Assembly: GCA_963842355.1 (NCBI GenBank)
Contig: CAWJGC010000006.1
Location: forward strand, 54,072-118,071
Source: an uncultured Actinomycetota bacterium
Lineage (GTDB): Bacteria; Actinomycetota; Actinomycetes; Streptosporangiales; Streptosporangiaceae
Length of the DNA stretch: 64,000 nucleotides
Direction of reading: 5' to 3'
Shown here one piece after another: positions 1 through 10,163 of the stretch. How positions within the stretch are numbered: position 1 is the stretch's first letter; the number at the start of each line of letters is the position of its first letter. Both the position numbers and the translations under genes were made by a program. The notes beneath the pieces are model-generated. The model was not told the DNA's origin. It saw only the letters and a program-made list of their open reading frames with translations, and searched no databases.

Positions 1-1786
<1,786 letters not shown>

Positions 1787-1800
<14 letters not shown>

Positions 1801-2647
1801 GCGCCTCCTCCGGCTGCGGCCCGGCCGCGGGCGGGCGGGCGCCGCCGCGGGAGACCAGGCGGCGTGAACGGACGGCCGGGCGGCCCGTAGCCCGCCCCGC
1901 GGCCGCGGGCGGGGCGACCCCGATGCGCTGGGCGACGGCGGGCTTGGCCGCGTAGATCACGACGCTCTTGCCGATGAGAGGGTTCAGAGCCCGGTCGGCC
2001 AGCCGCATGACCGCGGGCTTCTTCATGATCTCCCAGACCAGCAGCCGGTGGTAGGCGCGGGCCAGCGGGTGCCGGTCGTCGCGCACGCCGACCGCGCACT
2101 TCAGCCACCAGTACGGCGCGTGCAGCGCGTGGGCGTGATGGTGGCCGCCGATGATCAGGCCGGCCCGGGCCAGCTTCACCTCGAGTTCGCCGCGGGTGAA
2201 GATCCGCACATGGCCGCCGGGCACGCTGTGGTAGTCGTCGGAGAGCCGCCAGCAGATCCGCTCCGGCAGCCAGGCCGGCACGGTGACCGCGGCCACGCCG
2301 CCCGGCCGCAGCACCCGGGCCAGTTCGTTCATGGCCGCCTGGTCGGCGGGGATGTGCTCGAGCACCTCGGCCGCGATGACCCGGTCGAAGAAGCCGTCCG
2401 GGAACGGCATGGCGGCGGCGTCCCCGGCCGCCGCGGCGGCGCGGGCCCCGGCGGGCACCTCGCCGGCCTCGCTCATGGCCGCGAACATGCTGGCCACCTG
2501 GCGCAGTTCGGCCTCGTCGGTGTCCAGCGCCACGACGTGCGCGCCGCGGCGCAGTACCTCGAACGCGTGCCTGCCCGCGCCGCAGCCGAGGTCGAGGACC
2601 CGGTCACCGGGGCCGACCCGGAGCCGGGCGAAGTCCACGGTCAGCAC
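1787..2647 (-). CDS. class I SAM-dependent methyltransferase (Methyltransf_11-like)
   Basis: Motif I VLDLGCGAGRH and LRPGGVAAVTVP. The start is set at GTG 2647, next to the TGA (2643-2641) of the upstream GT gene. The rest of the 614-aa ORF is an out-of-frame overlap with that gene. Confidence 0.8.
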
Positions 2648-4005
2648 GGCGCCGTTTCCCGCCGTGAAGCCCCGGGGACCGCGTCCATCGCGTCGAGATA
2701 CTGATCGACGGTCGCCCGGGCCACGGCGGGCCAGGCAAAACGTTCCTGCACCCGGCGCAGGGCCAGGGCGGACAGCCGTTCCCGCTCGGCCGCCGAGTCG
2801 TGCAGGGTGCGCAGCGCCACCGCGAGTTCTTCGGCGTCGCCGGGCGCGACCAGCAGGGCCGCGTCGCCGGTGACCTCGGGCAGCGCGCCGGTCCGGCTGG
2901 CGATCAGCGGCGTCCCCGAGGCCATGTGCTCGACGGCGGGCAGCGAGAAACCCTCGTAGAGCGAGGGCACCACGGCGATCTCGGCGCTGGCGATGAGCTG
3001 GGCGAGTTCGGTGTCGCTGATCCCGCTGACGAACCGGACCCGGTCGCCGAGGGCCAGTTCGGCGACAAGCCGCTCGGTCGGCCCGCCGGCCGACGGCTTG
3101 CCGACCACGGTGAGCACGGCATTGCGTTCGGTGGTGAGCTTCGCCACGGCGTGCAACAACGTCGAGATGCCTTTGACCGGTGAGTCTGCGCTGGCCACGG
3201 CCACGATCTGGCCGGGTACGCGCGGCGCGGACCGGGGATGGAACAGGCGGGTGTCGACCCCGAGCGGGATCACGTGCACCTGGTCGCGGAGGACCCGGAA
3301 ATCGCGGCAGATGTCCTCGCGGGAGGACTCCGAACCGGTGAGCACCGGCCCGACGCGGCGGGCGACCCGGCCCTGCATCCGGACGAACCCGTACCAGCGG
3401 CGCTTGGACAGCCGGGACAGGCCCCGGGCCGCGGCGAGCTCGATCCGCCGGTCCACGCTGATCGGGTGATGGATGCTGGTGACCAGCGGCAGGCCGAGGC
3501 GCGTGATGCCCAGCATGCCGTAGGCCAGCACCTGGTTGTCGTGCACGATGTCGAAGTCGCCGCGGCGGGCCCGCAGCGCGCGCAGGGCGCGCAGGCTGAA
3601 CGTCAGCGGCTCGGGGAAGGCACCGGTCCACATCGCGGCGACCTCGAGCACGTCGATCCAGTCCCGGTACTCGCTCGGGCGCGGCGTCCGGAACGGGTCA
3701 GGCTCCCGGTACAGGTCCAGGCTCGGCAGCGTGCGCAGCAGCGGGCCCGGCTCAAGCTCCGGGTAGGGCTGGCCGGAGAACACCTCGACGTGGTGGCCGA
3801 GCGCGGCCAGTTCGCGGGACAGGTGCCGCAGGTAGATCCCCTGGCCACCGCAGTGCGGCTTGCTCCGGTAGGACAGCAGCGCGACGCGCAGCGGGCGGTC
3901 CGCCCCGGCTGGCCTGCTCGGGAGGCCGGGGCTCGAACCCGGTTCTGGCACGGTGCTCACGCAGGTTTGCGCCTCCTCGTCTGCCGCTGACCGCCCAGTT
4001 GCCAA
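2641..4005 (-). CDS. glycosyltransferase family 4 (GT-B, retaining)
   Basis: N-terminal CGGQGIYLRHLSRELAALGHHVEV and C-terminal E-x7-E region PSLYEGFSLPAVEHMASGTPLIAS. Confidence 0.85.
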   Translation of the reverse strand: MATGRSAADEEAQTCVSTVPEPGSSPGLPSRPAGADRPLRVALLSYRSKPHCGGQGIYLRHLSRELAALGHHVEVFSGQPYPELEPGPLLRTLPSLDLYREPDPFRTPRPSEYRDWIDVLEVAAMWTGAFPEPLTFSLRALRALRARRGDFDIVHDNQVLAYGMLGITRLGLPLVTSIHHPISVDRRIELAAARGLSRLSKRRWYGFVRMQGRVARRVGPVLTGSESSREDICRDFRVLRDQVHVIPLGVDTRLFHPRSAPRVPGQIVAVASADSPVKGISTLLHAVAKLTTERNAVLTVVGKPSAGGPTERLVAELALGDRVRFVSGISDTELAQLIASAEIAVVPSLYEGFSLPAVEHMASGTPLIASRTGALPEVTGDAALLVAPGDAEELAVALRTLHDSAAERERLSALALRRVQERFAWPAVARATVDQYLDAMDAVPGASRRETAPC

Positions 4006-4136
4006 GGCGTGCCCGCGTGACCCCCTAAGCAGCGAACATTACCAGGGGGTATCTTGCGTAATCTTGTGCCCCACACGTAAACCGCCAAGTACTCCTTTGG
4101 CTTCGGTGTGGATAAGCTGCCGCGACGTAACCCGAT

Positions 4137-4160
4137 GGCCAGCCGGTACCCCGGCTGGCC
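4137..4160 (+). promoter_or_regulatory. perfect 10-bp stem / 4-nt loop hairpin in the gmd leader
   Basis: GGCCAGCCGG-tacc-CCGGCTGGCC, ending ~10 nt before the GGAGA Shine-Dalgarno of gmd. Function unknown. Confidence 0.3.
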
Positions 4161-4179
4161 GCAGTGAGCGGAGACTCTA

Positions 4180-5214
4180 CTGACTCGACGCGCTCTGATC
4201 ACCGGCATTACCGGCCAGGATGGCTCCTACCTGGCCGAACATCTCGTGGCCCAGGGATACGAGGTCTGGGGCCTGGTCCGGGGTCAGGCGAACCCGCGCG
4301 TGCGCCGGGTGCGCCAGCTACTCGGCGACGTCCACCTGGTCCGTGGCGACCTGCTGGACCAGGGCAGCCTGATCTCCGCGGTAGAGCGGGTACAGCCCGA
4401 CGAGGTCTACAACCTGGCCGCGATCTCGTACGTGCCGATGTCCTGGCAGCAGGCCGAGCTGACCGGCGAGGTCACCGGGCTCGGCGTGCTCCGGGTCCTC
4501 GAGGCGATCCGGGTGTGCAGCGGCGTCAGCGCGTCCCGGAGCCCGGGCCGTGGCCAGATCCGGTTCTACCAGGCCTCGTCCTCGGAGATGTTCGGGAAGG
4601 TGCGGGAGTCGCCGCAGACCGAGCAGACGCCGTTCCACCCGCGGAGCCCGTACGGAGTGGCCAAGGCCTACGGTCACCACCTGACCCAGAACTACCGCGA
4701 GTCGTACGGGATGTTCGCGGTGTCGGGGATCCTGTTCAACCACGAGTCGCCGCGCCGGGGGGCCGAGTTCGTCCCGCGCAAGGTGTCGCTCGGGGTGGCC
4801 AAGATCAAGCTCGGCTACGAGCGGCAGCTGCGCCTCGGCAACCTGGGAGCCAGCCGGGACTGGGGGTTCGCCGGCGACTATGTGCGTGCGATGCACCTGA
4901 TGCTGGAGAAAGACGAGCCCTCGGACTACGTGGTCGGAACGGGCGTCATGCACGGTGTGGGTGAGCTGGTGGAGCTGGCGTTCGGGGTGGCGGGCCTCGA
5001 CTGGCGGGACCACGTGGTGACCGACGCCGCGTTCATCAGGCCCGCCGAGGTGGACCGGCTGTGCGCGAACCCGGCCAAGGCCGCCGCCGAGCTCGGCTGG
5101 GAGCCGAAGATCGGCTTCGAGGAACTGGTCACGATGATGGTCGAGGCCGACATGGAGCTGCTGTCGGTTTCCGGCGGGCATGCCGAGGACTCGTTCGGCT
5201 CCGATACCTGGTAG
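4180..5214 (+). CDS. gmd: GDP-mannose 4,6-dehydratase
   Basis: SDR motifs YQASSSEMFG and SPYGVAKAYGH. The Rossmann motif ALITGITGQDGSYL lies upstream of the first ATG/GTG/TTG (GTG 4246). CTG 4180, preceded by GGAGA at a 5-nt spacing, gives the family-typical MTRRALITG N-terminus. Confidence 0.85.
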   Translation: MTRRALITGITGQDGSYLAEHLVAQGYEVWGLVRGQANPRVRRVRQLLGDVHLVRGDLLDQGSLISAVERVQPDEVYNLAAISYVPMSWQQAELTGEVTGLGVLRVLEAIRVCSGVSASRSPGRGQIRFYQASSSEMFGKVRESPQTEQTPFHPRSPYGVAKAYGHHLTQNYRESYGMFAVSGILFNHESPRRGAEFVPRKVSLGVAKIKLGYERQLRLGNLGASRDWGFAGDYVRAMHLMLEKDEPSDYVVGTGVMHGVGELVELAFGVAGLDWRDHVVTDAAFIRPAEVDRLCANPAKAAAELGWEPKIGFEELVTMMVEADMELLSVSGGHAEDSFGSDTW

Positions 5215-5229
5215 TGCGGAGCCCGGCCG

Positions 5230-5252
5230 CCGGTCACGCGTCGGCTGACCGG
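5230..5252. terminator. possible bidirectional stem-loop between convergent gmd and CGNR genes
   Basis: CCGGTCA-9 nt-TGACCGG. No U-tract. Overlaps the stop codon of the minus-strand gene. Confidence 0.25.
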
Positions 5253-5824
5253 CGTGCCCGGAACCCGGCGACCTTGGCCCGGTTGCCGCAGCGTCCCATG
5301 TCGCACCAGCGCCGCGAGCCTGCCCGGGAGGTGTCCAGGAACAGGCGCGTGCAGGGAGGGTCCCCGCACGCGCGGATGCGGCTGGCCTCCGGTCCGCCCA
5401 GCAGGTCGGCCGCAGCCCGGGCGATGGTCGCCGTGACGGCCTGCACGCTGCCCGTCTTCCGCAGGCCGTTCCGGGTCAGGACGGGCGTGACCGGTGCCGC
5501 CGCGGCGGCCGCGTTGACCAGGTCGATGTCGCGCCGGCGGCGGCTGCCGCCGGACACCGCGGCCCGCGCGAGCCGGTAGATCGCCTCCCTGACGGCCAGC
5601 GCGCGGGCGAGTTCGGCCTCGGTGACCGGGGGAGGCGAGTCGACCAGCCCGGCGGCGGCGAACCATTCCCGCAGCTCCCGAGGCGAGCGCAGCAGGTCAT
5701 CGGGCGCCGTGTCGCGGTGCTCGACGGTCCCGGCGAAGTCCAGGGCCAGGTTCCCGCTGACAAACGTGTAGCTGATCCGGTTCGCCGCGGCCGGCGCGAT
5801 CCTGGCGCTGGCCGCGTGGCTCAC
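5234..5824 (-). CDS. CGNR zinc-finger domain protein (ABATE + zf-CGNR putative regulator)
   Basis: C-terminal CGDPPCTRLFLDTSRAGSRRWCDMGRCGNRAKV. N-terminal LALDFAGTV is ABATE-like. Confidence 0.8.
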   Translation of the reverse strand: MSHAASARIAPAAANRISYTFVSGNLALDFAGTVEHRDTAPDDLLRSPRELREWFAAAGLVDSPPPVTEAELARALAVREAIYRLARAAVSGGSRRRRDIDLVNAAAAAAPVTPVLTRNGLRKTGSVQAVTATIARAAADLLGGPEASRIRACGDPPCTRLFLDTSRAGSRRWCDMGRCGNRAKVAGFRARRSADA

Positions 5825-5861
5825 GGGCGCGCCGTGGCCGCGCGGCCGCCAGCTCGGCCAC

Positions 5862-6605
5862 GTGGTCGTGGCGGGCCTGCTGCTCCAGGCGGCCCAGTTC
5901 GGCGGGTTCTACTGGGCGATGTCTCTCGGCCTCGGGGCCGCGCTCACCGCGCTGATCCAGGGCCTGACCCCGGTGGTCACCGCGACGGCGGCGGGGCTGT
6001 TCCTCGGCGAGCACACCCGCCCGGCGCAGCGTCTCGGCTTCGCGCTGGGCGCGGCCGGGGTGGTGCTCGCGGTAGCCGGGCGGATCGACATCCACGCCGG
6101 CGCGGCCGCTGCCCTGGTCCCGGCCGCGGTAGGCCTGGCCGGCGCCAGCGCCGGGCTGCTCTACCAGCAGCGGTTCTGCGCGACGATGGACCTGCGGACC
6201 GGGACGGCCACGCAGTTGCTGGCAAGCGTTCCGGTCCTCGGCGTGATGACGCTGCTCATCGAGCATCCCCAGGTTTCGCGTCCGCTGCCGCTGGCCGCGT
6301 CGCTGGCCTGGCTGGTCCTGGTCAACTCGATCGGCGCCTTCCTGCTGATGTACGCGATGCTGCGGCGTCGCCCGGCCAGCGAGGTCAGCAGCCTGTTCTT
6401 CCTCACCCCGGCGGTCACCGCGATCCTGGCGCAGCTGTTCCTCGGCCAGCGCCTTGGCTGGCTGACGCTGGCCGGCCTGGTGGTGAGCGGCGCAGGCGTG
6501 GCGCTGGCCACGCGACGACGGCCGTCGGCCGCCCGGCCGTCTCCCGCGGTTCCGGCGGCTTCCGCGGTTCCGGCGGCTTCCGCGGCTACGGGACGGGCGC
6601 GCTAG
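5862..6605 (+). CDS. EamA/DMT family transporter (N-terminally short)
   Basis: Multi-TM hydrophobic ORF of DMT type. The in-frame open region extends up to a TAG at 5769 and encodes a TM2-like segment without any ATG/GTG/TTG. The C-terminal tail contains an 18-bp x2 repeat (6546-6581). Confidence 0.65.
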   Translation: MVVAGLLLQAAQFGGFYWAMSLGLGAALTALIQGLTPVVTATAAGLFLGEHTRPAQRLGFALGAAGVVLAVAGRIDIHAGAAAALVPAAVGLAGASAGLLYQQRFCATMDLRTGTATQLLASVPVLGVMTLLIEHPQVSRPLPLAASLAWLVLVNSIGAFLLMYAMLRRRPASEVSSLFFLTPAVTAILAQLFLGQRLGWLTLAGLVVSGAGVALATRRRPSAARPSPAVPAASAVPAASAATGRAR

Positions 6606-7357
6606 GAGATGACGGCGCCGACCAGGCTCCCTATCCCGTAGGTCAGGCCTGCCGCGGCGCTGGCCAGCAGCAGCTGGCGGATGGCCCCGCGCAGGAACGG
6701 GCGGTCGGTGAACCGGGAGACCAGCCCGCCGCCGATCACGGCGGCCACCCCGGCCAGTACCAGCGCGGCCGCGAGCGAGCTGAAGCCGACGAGGTAGGGA
6801 AGCAGCGGTACCAGGGCCCCGGCGGCGAAGGTCACCAGCGAGGCGGCGGCCGCGGTCACCGGCGACGGCAACTCGTGGTGGTCGACGCCGAGTTCTTCCC
6901 GGACGTGCACCCGGAGCGCCTGGTCGGGGTGCACCGAGACCTGCCGGGCGACCTCGTCGGCGAGGGCGGGGTCCACGCCGCGCCGCCGGAAGACCGCGGC
7001 CAGTTCCCTCCGCTCGGCGTCGGGATGGATCTCCAGCTCGCGCCGCTCCTTGCTGACCTCGGCGGCGACCAGTTCGTTCTGCGACGACACCGAGACGAAC
7101 TCGCCCGCGGCCATGGAGAACGCGCCCGCACAGAGCCCGGCCAGGCCGGCCAGCAACACGGTGTGCGGCGAGCCCCTGCCGCCGCCTACCCCGGCGATCA
7201 GGGACACGTTGGTGACCAGGCCGTCCATGGCCCCGAATACCGCGGGGCGCAGCCAGCCACCCTGCACGTCCCGGTGCTGGTGGTCGTGCGCCTCGCCCCG
7301 GGAGCCATCGGCCGCGGTCATGTCGGTGTTCCCCGCCCCGGTGGCCGGCTCAGCCAA
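6602..7357 (-). CDS. VIT1/CCC1 family iron/manganese transporter
   Basis: FGAMDGLVTNVSLIAGV signature, a central acidic helical region and C-terminal TM segments. Confidence 0.85.
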   Translation of the reverse strand: MAEPATGAGNTDMTAADGSRGEAHDHQHRDVQGGWLRPAVFGAMDGLVTNVSLIAGVGGGRGSPHTVLLAGLAGLCAGAFSMAAGEFVSVSSQNELVAAEVSKERRELEIHPDAERRELAAVFRRRGVDPALADEVARQVSVHPDQALRVHVREELGVDHHELPSPVTAAAASLVTFAAGALVPLLPYLVGFSSLAAALVLAGVAAVIGGGLVSRFTDRPFLRGAIRQLLLASAAAGLTYGIGSLVGAVIS

Positions 7358-8432
7358 GCGACTGGGCGGTGCGCGTCGGCAGGCCGGCCCCCTTCCACGC
7401 CTGGAAGCCGCCCTCGAGGTCGGTCGCCTCGGGCAGGCCGATCCGCCGCAGGCTGGCCGCGGCCAGCGTCGAAGCGTAGCCTTCCGAGCACATCACGATG
7501 ACCCGCGCGTCCGCCCGGGCCAGCGCGGGGATCCGCGCCTCGCTGCTGGGGTCGAGCCGCCACTCGAGCACGTTGCGGCCGATGATGATCGCCGTCGGAA
7601 CCTCCCCCTCGACGATCCGCTGTTCGAGCGGCCGGATGTCGACCAGCACCGCGCCGTCGGTGAGCGCGGCGAAGGCCGCCTCGGGCCGGAGCCTGGCCAG
7701 GCCGCTGCGGGCCTCGGCCAGCAGTTCGTCGATGCCGGGCGCGTCGGCCGGCAGCGCGTGGCGGGCGAATTCCGCGGCCGAGGCGCAGGCGTCGGCCAGC
7801 GCGGTGTCCGCGCCGCCGCGGCCGCGGGCGCCTTCCGGGCCGTCGATCGCCACGGTCTCCCGGGCGATCAGGCCGTAGTCGGTCCGCGTGTAGTAGGTCA
7901 TCGCGCTCAGTGGCGGCGAGTAGGCGTGGATGCTCGTCGCGGAGCCTTCACCGCCGTGCGCCACGTCATGCACGTGGCCGGGCCCGAACGCTACCGCCTC
8001 GAGGGCGAGCAGCCGCCTGCGGCCGAGCCTGCGCCCGCTGGGTACCCGGTACTGCTCGATCAGGCTGCCCTCGGCCACGGCAAACGATCCCGACGACCCG
8101 CCGTGGTCATGCCAGTCGGTGTCCTGGCCGCGCTCCCAGGCCAGCAGCCAGACGTCGCACGCGTTCGACCGGTGCAGCGGCAGGTACCAGCGCACGTCGG
8201 GATCGCGGACGACGAGGTCCGCCCAGAGCTCGGGATGCGCGGCGATCTTGACAGTCACCGCGCGCAGCTGGGCCGGGGCCAGGCGGCCGGCCCGCGGCAC
8301 GAGGCCGTGCAGGGCGTCGACGATCGCCTGCTGGCGCTCGGGGCTGACGCCCCACCCCCGCTTCAGGCCGGAACCGAGCCGGCCGGGCTGCTCGGCACCC
8401 GCGCTGCCGGGGGTCACGATGGCAACCGACAC
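7350..8432 (-). CDS. cysteine dioxygenase-like cupin fused to a rhodanese domain
   Basis: N-terminal cupin motif DTDWHDHGGSSGSFAVAEG...HDVAH. The C-terminal rhodanese has the active-site loop VIVMCSEGYAST. Confidence 0.75.
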   Translation of the reverse strand: MSVAIVTPGSAGAEQPGRLGSGLKRGWGVSPERQQAIVDALHGLVPRAGRLAPAQLRAVTVKIAAHPELWADLVVRDPDVRWYLPLHRSNACDVWLLAWERGQDTDWHDHGGSSGSFAVAEGSLIEQYRVPSGRRLGRRRLLALEAVAFGPGHVHDVAHGGEGSATSIHAYSPPLSAMTYYTRTDYGLIARETVAIDGPEGARGRGGADTALADACASAAEFARHALPADAPGIDELLAEARSGLARLRPEAAFAALTDGAVLVDIRPLEQRIVEGEVPTAIIIGRNVLEWRLDPSSEARIPALARADARVIVMCSEGYASTLAAASLRRIGLPEATDLEGGFQAWKGAGLPTRTAQSLG

Positions 8433-8466
8433 ACGACCTCCAAACCGTTAGCCAGGGATAATGCCA

Positions 8467-9921
8467 TCATATGCCGGGGCCGCCCGCGTGCAGGATGCGC
8501 TCGATATCCTCGCCGAAGGGCCGGTCGGCGCCGATCGGGCCGACGATCTCGGCCAGCCGCCGCAGCATCGCGCGGCATCCGGCCGGCGCGGGACGCCGGG
8601 ACAGCGACCAGGCCTGGTAGGCGGTAAGCAGTTCGCAGGCGGCGACGACGTGAGCGTGGGACAGGGCGCCGCGCAGCGTCTCGGCCGACTCCCAGGCGAA
8701 GGACTGCACGTCCTCCTGGCCGCCCGAGGTCTCGATCAGGCCGACCGAGGCCGGGACGACCAGCCGGCGCAGCGCGTGCACCTCCCCGGCGGCCCGCTTG
8801 TGCACCGCGACCAGCCCGGTGTCCGGGCCCGGCCGGGCCGCTAGCTGGGCGGGCAGGCCGGTGACGCGCGGGTCGAGCAACCGGTGCACGCGGGCCGCCG
8901 AGACCTCGGCGGCGTGCGCGAGCGCGGCGGTCAGCGCGTCACAGTGCGCGGCCAGGTCCAGGCCGTGGAATCCGGCCGTGCCCGCGAATTCTCCGTTCAA
9001 GAACGCGGGCGAGTCGGTGACGCCGGTGAGCGCGCGGTCGATCGCGGCCCCCAGCGCATCGCAGGCCCGGATGACGTGGGCGGACACCGGGCCGGCCACC
9101 CGGAACGACACCGGTGCCTGCAGCGCCCTGGGCTCGGGGTCGTCGCCGATCGCCGCGCGCAGCCGGGCGAGCACGCCGGCCAGGACGTCGTCGCCGCGCG
9201 CGCACGCGGCCGCGTAGGGGTCGCGGGACGCCCCGGCCGCCGCGATCGACAGCGCCGCCGCCGCGGCCATCACCGGCTCCAGGGCCCGGGTGTCGGCCAG
9301 CCGCCGCAGGCTCAGCGCGGTCGCGCCGGGCACGCCGGCCAGCAGCGCGTGCCCCTCCCTCGGGCCGAGGCCGAAGTCGCCCAGGCCGCGACGCCGCAGG
9401 GCTTCGGCGGCGGGCTCGGTCTCGCCGGCCGGCCCGAGCACCCGCCCGATCCCGACCAGAGGCCCGAACGCATGGGCCAGCGGCATGATCTCGCCGGCAC
9501 AGCCCACCCCGGTCCGGGGGACCGCCGGGACGAGGCCCGCGCCGAGGATGCCGGTCAGCCGCTGGCACAGCCCGGCGGACACGCCCGAGTCGCCGGACAG
9601 GAACGTGCGCAGCCGGACCACGATGACCGCCCGCGCGTCGGCCGCTTCCAGCCAGGGAGGGCCTCCCGTCGCCCGGGCCAGCATCAGGTTGCGCTGGTGG
9701 GAGAGTTGCTCGGCCTCGCTGAGCCGGACGCCGCTCAGCGCGCCCATGCCGGTGTTCACGCCGTACACCGGGTCGCCGCGGCGCAGCACCTCGCGGGCCG
9801 CGGCGCACTGCCGCTGCACCTGGTCGAGCAGCCCGGGCGCGACCCGGATGGCTTCCCCGGCGGCGACGCGGAGCACCAGCGCGGGATCGAGGTCGTCCGC
9901 CGCGGCGATCAGGCTGGTCAT
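8467..9921 (-). CDS. HAL/PAL/TAL-fold (aromatic amino acid ammonia-lyase family) protein with non-canonical MIO position
   Basis: YGVNTGMG and SGGQEDVQSF family motifs. The MIO region reads TGVGCAGEIMPLAH instead of GSVGASGDLAPLAH. Confidence 0.8.
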   Translation of the reverse strand: MTSLIAAADDLDPALVLRVAAGEAIRVAPGLLDQVQRQCAAAREVLRRGDPVYGVNTGMGALSGVRLSEAEQLSHQRNLMLARATGGPPWLEAADARAVIVVRLRTFLSGDSGVSAGLCQRLTGILGAGLVPAVPRTGVGCAGEIMPLAHAFGPLVGIGRVLGPAGETEPAAEALRRRGLGDFGLGPREGHALLAGVPGATALSLRRLADTRALEPVMAAAAALSIAAAGASRDPYAAACARGDDVLAGVLARLRAAIGDDPEPRALQAPVSFRVAGPVSAHVIRACDALGAAIDRALTGVTDSPAFLNGEFAGTAGFHGLDLAAHCDALTAALAHAAEVSAARVHRLLDPRVTGLPAQLAARPGPDTGLVAVHKRAAGEVHALRRLVVPASVGLIETSGGQEDVQSFAWESAETLRGALSHAHVVAACELLTAYQAWSLSRRPAPAGCRAMLRRLAEIVGPIGADRPFGEDIERILHAGGPGI

Positions 9922-9923
9922 GG

Positions 9924-10142
9924 TCAGCGGTAGCGCAGCATCGTGCCGGCCCCGGCGTCCCGCGCCCGGTTGTCGGGCACCAGGTGCACCCGCGGCTCGA
10001 AGACGACGCGGCCCTCGCCGTGAGCGAGGACCGCGCCTTCGACCGTGGCGACGATCTCGGCGCTGGTCAGGCCCAGAGCGTCGATGTCAGGACCGGACAG
10101 GAACCTGATCCACAGGCCTGCACCGTCGCCGGGCGGGGTCAC
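9924..10142 (-). CDS. 72-aa ORF resembling the N-terminus of ornithine cyclodeaminase/mu-crystallin proteins (possible remnant)
   Basis: The pattern LWIRFLSGPDIDALGLTSAEIVATVEGAVLAHGEG...EPRVHL resembles OCD N-termini. The stop lies 2 nt before the HAL-like ATG. Only ~20% of a full-length OCD is present. Confidence 0.3.
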   Translation of the reverse strand: MTPPGDGAGLWIRFLSGPDIDALGLTSAEIVATVEGAVLAHGEGRVVFEPRVHLVPDNRARDAGAGTMLRYR

Positions 10143-10163
10143 GAGGTCTCGGCGCCGGGGCCC

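Noticed and set aside
8467-9921. Calling this gene hutH (histidine ammonia-lyase) to complete the hut pathway
   Set aside because: The MIO triad is CAG rather than ASG and other catalytic positions are substituted. The gene belongs to a different operon 12 kb away.
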